From Candidatus Krumholzibacteriia bacterium (GTDB lineage: Bacteria; Krumholzibacteriota; Krumholzibacteriia; Krumholzibacteriales; Krumholzibacteriaceae): a stretch of 64,000 nucleotides of DNA. The DNA is taken from the NCBI GenBank assembly GCA_963836185.1, contig CAWIIQ010000003.1, positions 256,001 through 320,000 on the forward strand. Direction: 5' to 3'. Both the position numbers and the translations under genes were made by a program. Of the stretch, positions 54,297 through 64,000 are shown one piece after another. Each line of letters begins with the position of its first letter. Positions within the stretch are counted from its first letter, which is position 1. Under the pieces are notes generated by a model. That model did no database searches. It was given only the letters and a program-made list of their open reading frames with translations, and had not been told where the DNA came from.

Positions 54297-55313
54297 CTAA
54301 CTGCCGGCCTCGCCCGACATGGCCTCTTTCGCGCTCCGGTCAGCGCGAAACAGCCCCCAGTGCTTCTCGACTTCCGCAGGATTTGTCCCGCCTTTCCAGT
54401 TCTCGTCAAAGGCTTCGAAGAAGAAGACTGTCTGCCGCTCCTCCACCGCCCAGGCGCGGATCGGCCTCGTAGAATAGCCGCTGTTCTGCTTCCCCGGGCT
54501 TCCCCTTGATCAGCTTGCCCTGATCGCCCTCGTCGATAACGGAAGTGGCCCATCCCGTTTCTCCGATCACGACGAGCCGGTCCGGATGCATCTCCTGTAC
54601 GATCTTCAGCTGATCGCGCTGCCAGTCCAGCGCCTCTTCGAGCTGGAGGCCGTTCCACATCGGATGACCGTGCAGCAGTATAAAGTCGATCTCTGAAGAG
54701 AGCTCCCGGCTTTCCGGCTTGTTCCAGTAAGTTGAAATCATCGGCCACCGTCACGGGAACTTCGACACCGTCGCGTACCCGCCTTACATGCCCTTTCACG
54801 ATATCCACGTAATTGACATGTGCCGACCAGTATATCATCGTCTCGTTACCTACGCTCACAGCGGCGACTATCGCGGGGTATTCATTTGCGAGGCGTATTC
54901 CCGCGTCGACTTCCTTCCGGTTCTTCGCCGCTGCTTCATCGAATCGCTCCAGGACCTCGCCCGCTTCATCGCGCTTCTCCTCCGGATCGATCCATACGCC
55001 GAGGATCACCTTTACATCGATGTCATTCTCACGGATCACCTTCAGGAAGGTCTCGGCAAACCCGGAGGCTCCGTAGATACGGATCAGTTTCCAGTGCGGC
55101 AGCATCAGGCGCAGGTCCTCGAGGAGCTCTTCCGCCGACGGCTGAACTGCATAGGGGCGCTGGCCGTCCCGATGAGGCCCGTAACATACCGCGTTGTATA
55201 TCCGTTTCCCGTCCACGACCGGATCGAAGGGCCGGACCTTGAAAGATCTCCGCATGACATGACGGAAACGAGCACTATCAGGGCCAGGATCATCATACTG
55301 GTAAAAGGCGCAT
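54297..55313 (-). CDS. GH17 beta-1,3-glucanase/glucosidase, probable lipoprotein; several frameshifts
   Basis: VCYGPHRDGQRP, IRIYG, VSVGNE, IGETGW, FEAFDE-W and HWGLF motifs; probable lipobox VMS-C. Confidence 0.82.
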
Positions 55314-55511
55314 GAAAAACCACTCCTTCTCGATTACTGAATGTGACAGCTTGAGCTGGAGACGATCGTTACCGGATAATATTGTCCTGTCTGCGAAAAG
55401 ACTTCAAGACATCAAATTCCCGGACCGGTTTCCCATGGTGGACGGCTCTGGAACAAACCACTATAATTGCCGGGAATCTGTATTTTTAAACGGGATCAGG
55501 GAGCAAACCGC

Positions 55512-57011
55512 ATGTACAGGATCATTTTATCATTGTTGATTGCAGGCCTGTCTGTCGGCGTGTGCGGGGCAAAAGCCGGTGGAGGAAGAGATGCGGGCCA
55601 GGATAATCCAGACCTCGCGGGCCGGTGACAGGTTAAAACAACTGGAACCCCGTACATTTTCGAAAATAGAATCCGGCAACAAAACAGGGATAGAACTCGA
55701 TCCCGGTGTCACATACCAGGAGATCGTCGGTTTTGGAGGATCCTTTACGGAGGCCTCCGCCCATGTGCTCAGCCTGTTGAGTGCGGAGAAACGCCAGGCT
55801 GTGATCGACGCCTATTTCAGCTCTCCGGCTCTGCCTACTCCCTGACAAGGACCCATATCAACAGCTGTGACTTCTCCCTGGATCACTATGCCTATGTCGA
55901 ACGAGGGGACCTCGAGCTGGAGACTTTCTCCGTCGAACACTGACATGAAGGTTCTGATACCCCTGATCAAGGGACGCGATGGCCGCGGACGGCGCCGACT
56001 TCAGGATCATCGCGTCACCATGGACCGCGCCGGACTGGATGAAGGACAATGACAGCTGGTACGGGGGGTCGCTCAGGCCCGGCCTGGAACCGGTATGGGC
56101 CCGGTATTTCAGCATGTACCTCCAGGCTTACAGGGAGCAGGGGATCGAGATATGGGGCATTACTCCTGAGAACGAGCCTCTCGGCAACGATGGCAACTGG
56201 GACAGCATGCACTTCACTCCCGAAAGCATGCGCGACTTTATCCGTGATCACCTCGGGCCCCGGCTCAGGCAGGACGGCTGGGATACAAGGATCCTGATCT
56301 TCGACCAGAACCGTGACCATGTCGAGGAATGGGCAGAGGTGATCCTCGGTGATCCGGAAGCTGCGAAATACGTATGGGGCACCGCGGTCCACTGGTACAG
56401 CAGCACGGTGGACTGGTATCCCGACGCACTGGGCAGGGTACACGAACGTTACCCGGACAAGCATATTCTGCACTCGGAAGGGTGCATCGATACCCAGGTC
56501 CCGGTCTGGCAGGATGATGACTGGTACTGGCGCAGGGAAGCAAAGGACTGGGGTTTCACATGGGCCCCTGAAGACAAGAAGGCCGATCACCCCATATACG
56601 TCCCGGTCTATCGTTATGCCCGCGACATCATCGGCGGCCTGAACAGCTGGATGACCGGCTGGATAGACTGGAATATCGTGCTGGATACGCAGGGCGGGCC
56701 GAACCTCGCTCAAAACTGGTGTGTAGCGCCGGTCATCGCCGATCCCGAAACGGACGAGGTCTACTTTACGCCCCTCTATTACACGCTTGCCCATTTCAGC
56801 AGGTACATACGGCCCGGAGCCAGGCGGATCGAGGTCAGAGTCTCACCTGCCGGCGCTCATGGCGACAGCCTGCGTCAATCCTGACGGCCAGATCGTACTG
56901 GTCCTGCTGAACCAGCAGGAGGAGGAGCTGGAATTTCCGCTCCGGCTCGGAGAGCTGGAAACGGTGATCTCCATCCCGGGGGAATCGATCCAGACGATAC
57001 TGATCGACTGA
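55512..57011 (+). CDS. GH30 (GH30_1-like) glycosidase, probable lipoprotein; several frameshifts
   Basis: YQEIVGFGGSFTE, SCDFS, ASPWTAPDWMK, PENEP, HWY, HSEGC and WIDWN motifs. Confidence 0.85.
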
Positions 57012-57035
57012 CCACACTGATAAAAGGAGAACAGG

Positions 57036-59234
57036 ATGAATATCGAAGACAGGCTCTCTGTCAAAGAAAAGATCGGTTACGGGTTCGGGGATACCGCCTC
57101 CAATCTTTACTTCCAGATGTTCATCAATTTTCTCCTCTTCTTCTATACTGACGTCTTCGGGATCCCGGCCGCCGTGGCGGGAACCCTCTTCATGGTCTCG
57201 CGATTCTGGGACGCGGTAAACGATCCGCTTGATGGGGATAATCGCCGACAGGACAAATACGAAGTGGGGGAAATTCCGGCCTTACCTCTTGTGGATGATG
57301 CTCCCGATGGCCGTCACCGGTGTTCTGGCATTTACGACACCCGACCTCGGCCTGCAGGGCAAGATCATCTATGCCTTTATCACCTATATCCTCGTGATGA
57401 TGGCATATACTGCGATCAATATTCCTTACTCCGCGCTGCTGGGGGTCCTTTCGCCCCATTCAAGGGAGAGGACGAGCGCCTCGACCTATCGATTCGTGCT
57501 GGCATTCGCCGGAGCTTTCATAATACAGGGCGCTACTTTGCCGCTCGTGAATTCCCTCGGGCACCAGGACCAGGGGGTCTCGTTGTCGGGCGGTATCGTC
57601 ACAATAGAAGAAGTCGACACGCGGACATCCAAGATCATAGTCGAAGCTGGCGATGGCCAGAACAAGACATCCCGGGAATTCCTGGTCAAGATCAACAGGG
57701 AGGGTGAGGGCCCCCCGGTTGTTCATAATCCTGCCGGAGAGATCGTCCTGGAGCAGGGATTCGCAGCGAGGCGGATCGCCCTGGGCGACATATTCAGCAG
57801 CCCTTTCGGGGACAGGCTGCTCTATGAAGCATCAAGCAGCGAGACCGGTGTCGTCGAGATGGCCGTAGAATCGGAATCGGTCCTGATCCTCAGGGAGACA
57901 GGGCCGGGGATCTCCAGGATCACCCTGACGGCATCCGACGAACACCATGGAAGCAGGGACCACTCGTTCACCGTCAGGATCAATGAGGCGGGGAACGGTC
58001 CGCCGGTCCTGGCAGAAGAGATTCCCGACGTGACGCACGATCCGGAATCCGGAACGGCATACAGTAGACCTCTCGGAATACTTTACCGACCCGGACGGGG
58101 ACCAGCTCAGCTTCAGCGCGTCATCCGGGGACAACGCGGTGGTTTCGGCCGATATCGAGCGGCAACGGGGCGGTCCTTGATATCAGAAAGGCCGGCATCT
58201 CGGAAATCACCGTAACGGCGACCGACGGCAGGGGAGGCTCGGCGACAGGTTCCTTCCTCGTCAAGGTCGAGTCGGGGGAGAACGATCCTCCGGCAATCGA
58301 TCAGCTCCTTCGACAATGTTGAGCTGAACGAGGGATTCGGCGAGTACGTGATGGATCTCTCTGGAGCGTTCATCGATCCGGAGGGAGAGGATCTGACATT
58401 CTCCGTCAGGAAAGTAGATGTCGCGAAAGGGTTCCAGTATACGCTCGTCATATACGGGGTGCTCGCATGTATCCTTTTCTACCTGACATTCGCTCTTACG
58501 AAAGAACGTGTTCAGCCATCGAAGGACCAGCAGACATCGCTCAAGAAGGATCTGGGAAACCTCGTGCGGAACAGGCCCTGGATGATCCTTCTCGTGATGA
58601 GCATGTTCACTCTCGGGTACATAATAGTCCGTATGGGCACGATCCTTTATTACTTCAAGTATTACATCGAAAACGAACTGCTCGCTTCCCTCTTCATGGT
58701 AACGGGGACCGTCGCCGTCATCGCCGGCGTGGCCTGCACCGCTTTTCTTTCCAGGAAGCTGGGCAAGAAGAGGCTCTACCTGATCGTCATGGGCCTGGCG
58801 AGCCTCTTTACGCATGGTCTTCTACCATATACCGAAGGACCAGATAGCCCTCGTCTTCGCGGTGCAATATAATCATCTCGTTCGTGATGGCCCCGCAGGC
58901 GCCTCTCCTCTGGGCGATGTACGCCGACACCGTCGATTATTCGGAATGGAAGTTCGGGCGAAGGGCCACGGGCCTGATCTTTTCCGCGGCGACATTCTCG
59001 CAGAAGTTCGGGATGGCGCTTGGCGGCGGACTGGCAGGCTGGCTGCTGGCCAGGTTCAATTTCCAGCCGAACGTGACCCAGAGTGCCGAGACGCTGACGG
59101 GAATAAAGCTGATGATGAGCTACATCCCCGTGGCGGGAACGGTAATAGCGATCATTGCCGCTCTCTTCTACGAGCTGGACGACAAGACGATGGAAAAGAT
59201 CGAGAAGGAGCTCGCCGAGAGGAAGGCGAACTGA
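57036..59234 (+). CDS. GPH-family (MelB/UidB/XynT-like) MFS sugar:cation symporter with a large cadherin/Ig-like insertion; several frameshifts
   Basis: KEKIGYGFGDTASN, RFWDAVNDP, KWGKFRPYLLW, NIPYSAL, TKERV and WAMYADTVDYSEWK motifs; ~280-aa soluble insert at 57577-58416. Confidence 0.88.
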
Positions 59235-59239
59235 GCCTC

Positions 59240-60085
59240 TTATCTGTCGGGCCTGTACACCCGGACCCAGTCGATAAGCATCGTCTGCGGGAAGACGGTG
59301 GTCTCGTCAGGCGGCCCGACGTAGTTGCCGCCGACGGCGACGTTGAGGATGATGAAGAACTTGTGGTCGAAGACCCAGCTGCCCCTGGCTGTGACGCTTG
59401 TCTTCGTGAGGTTGAAATATTCCTTGTCGTCGACGTACCAGACTATCCGGTCCTCTGTCCACTCGATGCCGAAGACATGAAAATCGTCGTTGAAGCTGCC
59501 GCCGAGCAGGTACTGGCGGTAGAGGGCGTCGCCGCCCGAATAGCCGGGACCGTGAACCGCCCCTGATACTATGCTCGGAGACTGTCCCCGGTATTCCATG
59601 ATGTCGATCTCGCCGCAATCGGGCCAGCCCACCGTGCCGATGTCCGCGCCGAGAAGCCAGAAGGCCGGCCAGATCCCCTGGCCTATCGGAAGCTTGATGC
59701 TCGCTTCGAACCTGCCTCCCCCCTGCTCGAAGAGACCCTGCGTCTTGATCCGCCCCGAGGTGTAGTCGCGGGTCTCATACCTTTCCTCAATGGCGATTAT
59801 CCTGAGGTTGCCGTTCCCGTCGAGGGAGACGTTCTCCGGCCTGTCGGTGTCGTACTCGAGCTGATCGTTTCCCCACCCGTTTGTTCCGGTTCCGATGTCG
59901 TATGTCCAGTTCGCCGGATCGGGAAGCTGACCTTCCGGTCCCTCGAATTCGTCTTCCCAGGCGAGCACGTACGTCCAGTCGTCCTCAGTGTCGTCGCTGC
60001 ATCCGGGCAGTACCGTCAGCAATACGATGACGACGGTCAGGAGGGTGAAAATCCTGCCAGAGTATTTATTCCACGTGCGCTTCAT
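59240..60085 (-). CDS. GH16 laminarinase-type lipoprotein
   Basis: Lipobox LPG-C; WEDEF, GWGNDQLE, YTSGRI, WPAFWLLG, GEIDIME and DWVRVY. Confidence 0.92.
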   Translation of the reverse strand: MKRTWNKYSGRIFTLLTVVIVLLTVLPGCSDDTEDDWTYVLAWEDEFEGPEGQLPDPANWTYDIGTGTNGWGNDQLEYDTDRPENVSLDGNGNLRIIAIEERYETRDYTSGRIKTQGLFEQGGGRFEASIKLPIGQGIWPAFWLLGADIGTVGWPDCGEIDIMEYRGQSPSIVSGAVHGPGYSGGDALYRQYLLGGSFNDDFHVFGIEWTEDRIVWYVDDKEYFNLTKTSVTARGSWVFDHKFFIILNVAVGGNYVGPPDETTVFPQTMLIDWVRVYRPDR

Positions 60086-60114
60086 GTTTCTCTCTGCCTG
60101 TGCTGCCCGCCGGT

Positions 60115-61523
60115 CTACTCTTCAGGTGGTACCTTGTAGAAATAGATATTGTCGGCAAATATCGTGATATCCGATCCCGTGAGGTACATCTGAGCCAGCG
60201 CCGATCTCCCGGTCAGGCCTCCGGGGACCATGTAATCCTCGAGGGGGATGTCGAGGCTTGACCAGCTGCCCGGTGTCAGGGGCGGGGTCGAGCCGAGCGA
60301 GATGTAGATCTCCTTTTCGGAGTCGTCGCCGCCGAGGTACTCTTTGTCCGGCCCGTAATCGATCAGCTTGATCCCGACCACGGACACGCCCGTGGGTATC
60401 CAGAGGTCGAGATGCAGGTAGTCCATCTCCGTCGCGTCGATGACGTATGTCTCGGTGATGATCCCCGCGTAAGTCACATTCGTGTAGAGCAGGACGTTGT
60501 CGCCGTCGATCTGGAAGTCCGTGAGATCCGCGCCGTCCCATTCGGGCGAGTACGAGTCCACGGGCCAGTCGGAATAGACGTCGCTGAACACCGATATCAC
60601 GTCACCGGAGGGCTCTGTCGGCTCATCCGCCGGCACCACCGGGGCGGCGAGGGCCGTGAAATCTATATCGCCGTCGGCGGGGACCGTTCCGAGCGCCGCC
60701 GTGAGTATGGCGGTTCCGGTGCTGAGGGGCTGGGCCATGCCGTCGACCACCTCCACCACGTCGTCGTCCGAGGAGAAGAAGGTGAAGTAGGCGGGCATCG
60801 AGCTGACCAGCATATCGGTCCCGACGACATCGAATGTCACTGTCGTGCCGGGTATCGGGACAGATGCCCCGAGGTAGGCGCTTAACTCGGGATATCTGAA
60901 GCACGGGCCTCGGATTCTCGATAAGATCCGTTTTCTCGAACATGATGTCGTCGAACCAGATCGTATATCCCGCGTTGTCCTCGTGCCCTTCCGAGAAGAA
61001 GAACAGGCCGCCCTCGAGGGCCAGCTTGGAAGGCTCAGGAATGGGAATGATATACTTGTCCCAGGAGTTGGATATTCCCAGGTTGTACACTGTCGCCGTG
61101 TATATCGAGTTCCCCGAGTTGTCGTTTGCTATACCTATCTCGTTTATCGTCGCCGAAGCCTTGCTGCAGCGCGCCCAGAACGTCAGGGCGTCGTAACCCG
61201 TCAGGTCGCGCCCGTAACCGTCGACGCAGGTGCCGCCGGCGTACCAGTTCGCGTCCGGCGTGGCATCTTCCGGGCCGGGGATGGTGACTTTCAGAGACGC
61301 CGTCCCGTTATACTTGACCTGAAGGATCGACCTCCGTGGCGTCGTACTTGCTGTTCAGGAACGCCTGGTAGTCGACTCCGGGTGCGAAATTGTCCGTGAA
61401 CACCAGCGGGTCCGTGTTGGCGGATGCCGGTACGAAGCCGCTTTCGTCACGGCTGCAGGCTGAGACCATCAGCGTTGCTGTGACAGCCACGGCTGTGAAA
61501 AGGATCCTCTTCGTAATCATCAT
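60115..61523 (-). CDS. Lipoprotein with CBM-like and Ig (Big_2) domains, probable surface glycan-binding protein; frameshifts near 61320, 61215 and 60880
   Basis: Lipobox VSA-C; RDLTGYDALTFWA...YIIPIPEPSKL...IWFDDIMFE; FSSDDDVVEV; DVISVFSD...LHLDLW...ADNIYFYK. Confidence 0.7.
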
Positions 61524-61681
61524 GCGCCTCCATTGATATCAGGAGCTTATATCCCTCTACGGGACAGGTGATGTATTCGGTATTCCATAACAACTATCAA
61601 TTAACCAGTGATTCCCTTGTAATATATGACTATTCATAAGTTCCGGTCAATGCGGGTTTATACCTAAGTACCCTTTCATAC

Positions 61682-62628
61682 TTACCAGCACAGGAGGTCC
61701 CGGCCGCCGGCGGTGAATTCTTCCCAGAACTCCTCCAGCCTCCGGCGGTCCTCAGGTTCGAGTGAGCAGCCTGAAGCTTCAATATTGCTCCTGAGATGCT
61801 CCATTGCGCGTATGCCGGGTATTACGGTGCCTATCTCCTCATATGATAGCAGATATGCTATCGCCTTGTGCGACAATTCCGAGCCGTCGGCGGTCAGCCA
61901 GCCCAGCTGTGAGACGAGCTCCGCCCGCCTGGCGATATCCTCTTCGCTCCAGCGCCCTCTGACACCCTCGAACCTGCTGTCTTTATTATACTTGCCGGTC
62001 AGCCAGCCGCTGTCGAAAGGGATCTTGGCTATGGTCCCGGCACCCTTTTCCCGTACTGTCGGAAAGGCTCTCCTGACATCCTGGTGGAGTATGTTGAAGA
62101 ATATCTCGAGTACTTCGGAGCCGGTATTTCTCAGGCAGGCCTCGGCTTCGGAGGCGAAATCGAGGCTCGCGCCGTAGTGACGGATCCTTCCATCCTTCCG
62201 GGCCCCTTCAAGGGCGTCCCATATCGGGTCTGTACCCTCATACATCTCCGCGGGCGGGTTATGGAGGAGCAGGACGTCGAGATAATCCGTCCTGAGCCTT
62301 TCGAGGCTCGCGTCGAGGCCCTCGTTGAACCTCCCGGCCGAGAAATCCTTCGGCCCGTCGGGCCGGTGGCCGAACTTGCTGACCAGCACGACATCGCCGC
62401 GCCTGCCATGAAGGGCCTCCCCGAGTATCCTCTCGCTTTCGCCCCCTCCATAGTTGGGGGCCGTATCGAAGAGGTTGATCCCGGCCTCGAGGGCCGCGTG
62501 GACCAGCCTGAATCGCTGTCTTCTTCGTCCATCCCCTCCCAGGAGTCATCGTTTCCGATCTGCCATCCCCCGAACGAGATCTCTGATACCGACAGTCCCG
62601 TATTTCCCAGTTTTCTCTTATTCATCAT
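61682..62628 (-). CDS. Aldo/keto reductase; frameshift near 62510
   Basis: RKLGNTGLSVSEISFGGW, FDTAPNYG, SKFG, SLERLRTDYLDVLLLH and VIPG. Confidence 0.88.
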
Positions 62629-62631
62629 GAT

Positions 62632-63619
62632 CTACTCCATCGGGTATCTCAGTCCCCAGTGCTTCCGTATCCTGTCCATTATACGCATCACGGCAAGGCT
62701 GTCATCGAGGGGCATGAGCTTCGATTCCGTCTTTCCCGCCCGGATAAGATCCATGATCTCCTCCGCCTGGTAGATGAAGCCGTTCTCGAGGCGCGGGAGG
62801 TCGATCGTCCTTTCGCCGGCCCTTTGTGACGTACGACGATCCTCTCCGATTTCCACCACCCCCGGGGTATCCATATCGAACCTTCGGTGCCGAGGATAAA
62901 GGCCTCCTGCGGAGATTCCAGCCGCAGGGCCATCGTCAGGAGGGCCTGCGCCCCGGATTCGTATCCGAGAAGAGCGGTCGATTCCTCATCCACCCCTGTC
63001 TCGCCGAAGTGGGCCATGCCGGACACGGTCGCCGGCTCTCCGAGGAGATAGTACGCGAGAGATACAGGATATACACCGACATCGAGAAGGGCTCCGCCGC
63101 CGAGAGCGGGATCGAAGAGACGGCTCTTCGGATCGAACTCGGCCCTGAACCCGAAGTCGGCCGTGATCTTCCTTATCTCACCGATCTCGCCCCCTTCGAT
63201 CAGGTCGCGCACCTTCAGCATGGAGGGCATGAAGCGCATCCACATCGCCTCCATCAGGGCGAGGCCTTTCTCGGGTGCGCGCGGCGGCGATCATCTCCTC
63301 AGCCTCTGCCGCGTTGATCGCGAACGGTTTCTCGCAGAGCACATGCCTGCCTGCCTCGAGGCAGAGTATCGTGTCGTCCCTGTGGCGGGAGTGGGGTGTT
63401 CCTATATATACGGCGTCTACTTCGTCGTCGCCGGCCAGTTCCTCATAGCTGCCGTGCGCCCGGGCGAACCCGAACTCGGAGGCGAACCGTTCTGCCCTCT
63501 CGAGGCTTCGCGAGCCGACAGCCGAGAGTTCCGCGCCCTCGGACTCCTGCAGGGCCGCGGCGAATTTTCCCGCGATCCGCCCGGGCCCGAGGATCCCCCA
63601 TCTGATCTTTCTCTTTCAT
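62632..63619 (-). CDS. Gfo/Idh/MocA family oxidoreductase; frameshifts near 63605, 63275 and 62820
   Basis: IRWGILGPGGIA, CEKP, MEAMWMRF and GGGALLDVGVYP. Confidence 0.85.
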
Positions 63620-63631
63620 CTATATCCTTTA

Positions 63632-64000
63632 TCAGGGTACGTCGGTCCCCTTCGAGGCGCGGAGGATACTGAACCAGTCCTCGCGGGGGAGTTCGATACT
63701 CTGTCGCCTCAACGGCGCGCTTCATCCTCTCCGGGCAGTGGGTCCCGATGACCGGGACGATTCCGGCGGGATGCCTGAGGAGCCAGGCCAGGGCGAGGAT
63801 GTCGATCGATCCGATCCCGAGCCGGCCGCAGATCAGATTCGAGTTCCAGCGCGGACCCTTGTGACCTGTTCCGAGACTTCGGTGAAAAGCTCTCCGCCCC
63901 CGAGCGGGCTCCATGCCATCGGGGATATCCCGCGAACTGCGCAGCTATCGAGGGTGCCGTCGTCGAACGGCTCGGTGTGAAGGACCGAGATCTCGACCTG
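63632..64000 (-). CDS. C-terminal part of a YdhF/YcsN-like aldo/keto reductase; begins beyond the window
   Basis: QVEISVLH...DGTLD...PMAWSP...LAWLLRHPAGIVPVIGT...DWF...DVP stop. Confidence 0.75.

Noticed and set aside
53966-55255. GH17 ORF read-through overlapping the TWGxIK gene
   Set aside because: Out of frame after ~54735; the real C-terminus ends at 54297.
38990-64000. Programmed frameshifting or phase variation as the cause of split genes
   Set aside because: The breaks are numerous, sit at unrelated positions and are mostly not in slippery or long homopolymer tracts; sequencing error is more parsimonious.

Overview
GC-rich bacterial chromosomal window with no rRNA, tRNA, CRISPR array or recognisable mobile element. 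Several secreted proteins end in an FlgD-Ig/T9SS-type-A-like CTD (NxPNPFNPxTxI...GVYFYxL...KMxLxR) and one ends in a TWGxIK motif. I infer a diderm FCB-group lineage such as Ca. Krumholzibacteriota, Latescibacterota or Eisenbacteria. There are four blocks. (1) 1-20.2 kb: peptidases (C1A, M28, M19, tricorn S41), an NifU/NfuA gene with an IscR-like operator, an orphan pilin, and an operon of TonB-dependent receptor + three DUF4876-like lipoproteins + DUF6850-like barrel, followed by a large Asp-box propeller with a CTD. (2) 20.2-27.2 kb: a five-gene glycan-modification cassette (GT4, SDR-Gfo fusion, alpha/alpha-toroid protein, FrhB-like Fe-S protein, GT4). (3) 27.3-39.2 kb: mixed genes (GH20-like, divergent transketolase, NAT, DUF4416, LytS/LytTR, CGGC, CocE). 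(4) 39.3-61.5 kb: a ~22 kb beta-1,3-glucan (laminarin-type) utilisation locus with GH149 phosphorylase, four GH16, GH17, GH30 and CBM proteins but no SusC/SusD or TBDR. It instead carries a GH-A (GH158/GH2-like) hydrolase apparently fused to an outer-membrane beta-barrel, and a GPH-family MFS symporter with a ~280-aa cadherin/Ig-like tandem inserted into a periplasmic loop. These two genes are the most unusual objects in the window. Many genes are broken by small indels, most likely long-read errors, so reconstructed coordinates and fusions need re-sequencing. All family calls come from motif recognition; no database search was run.
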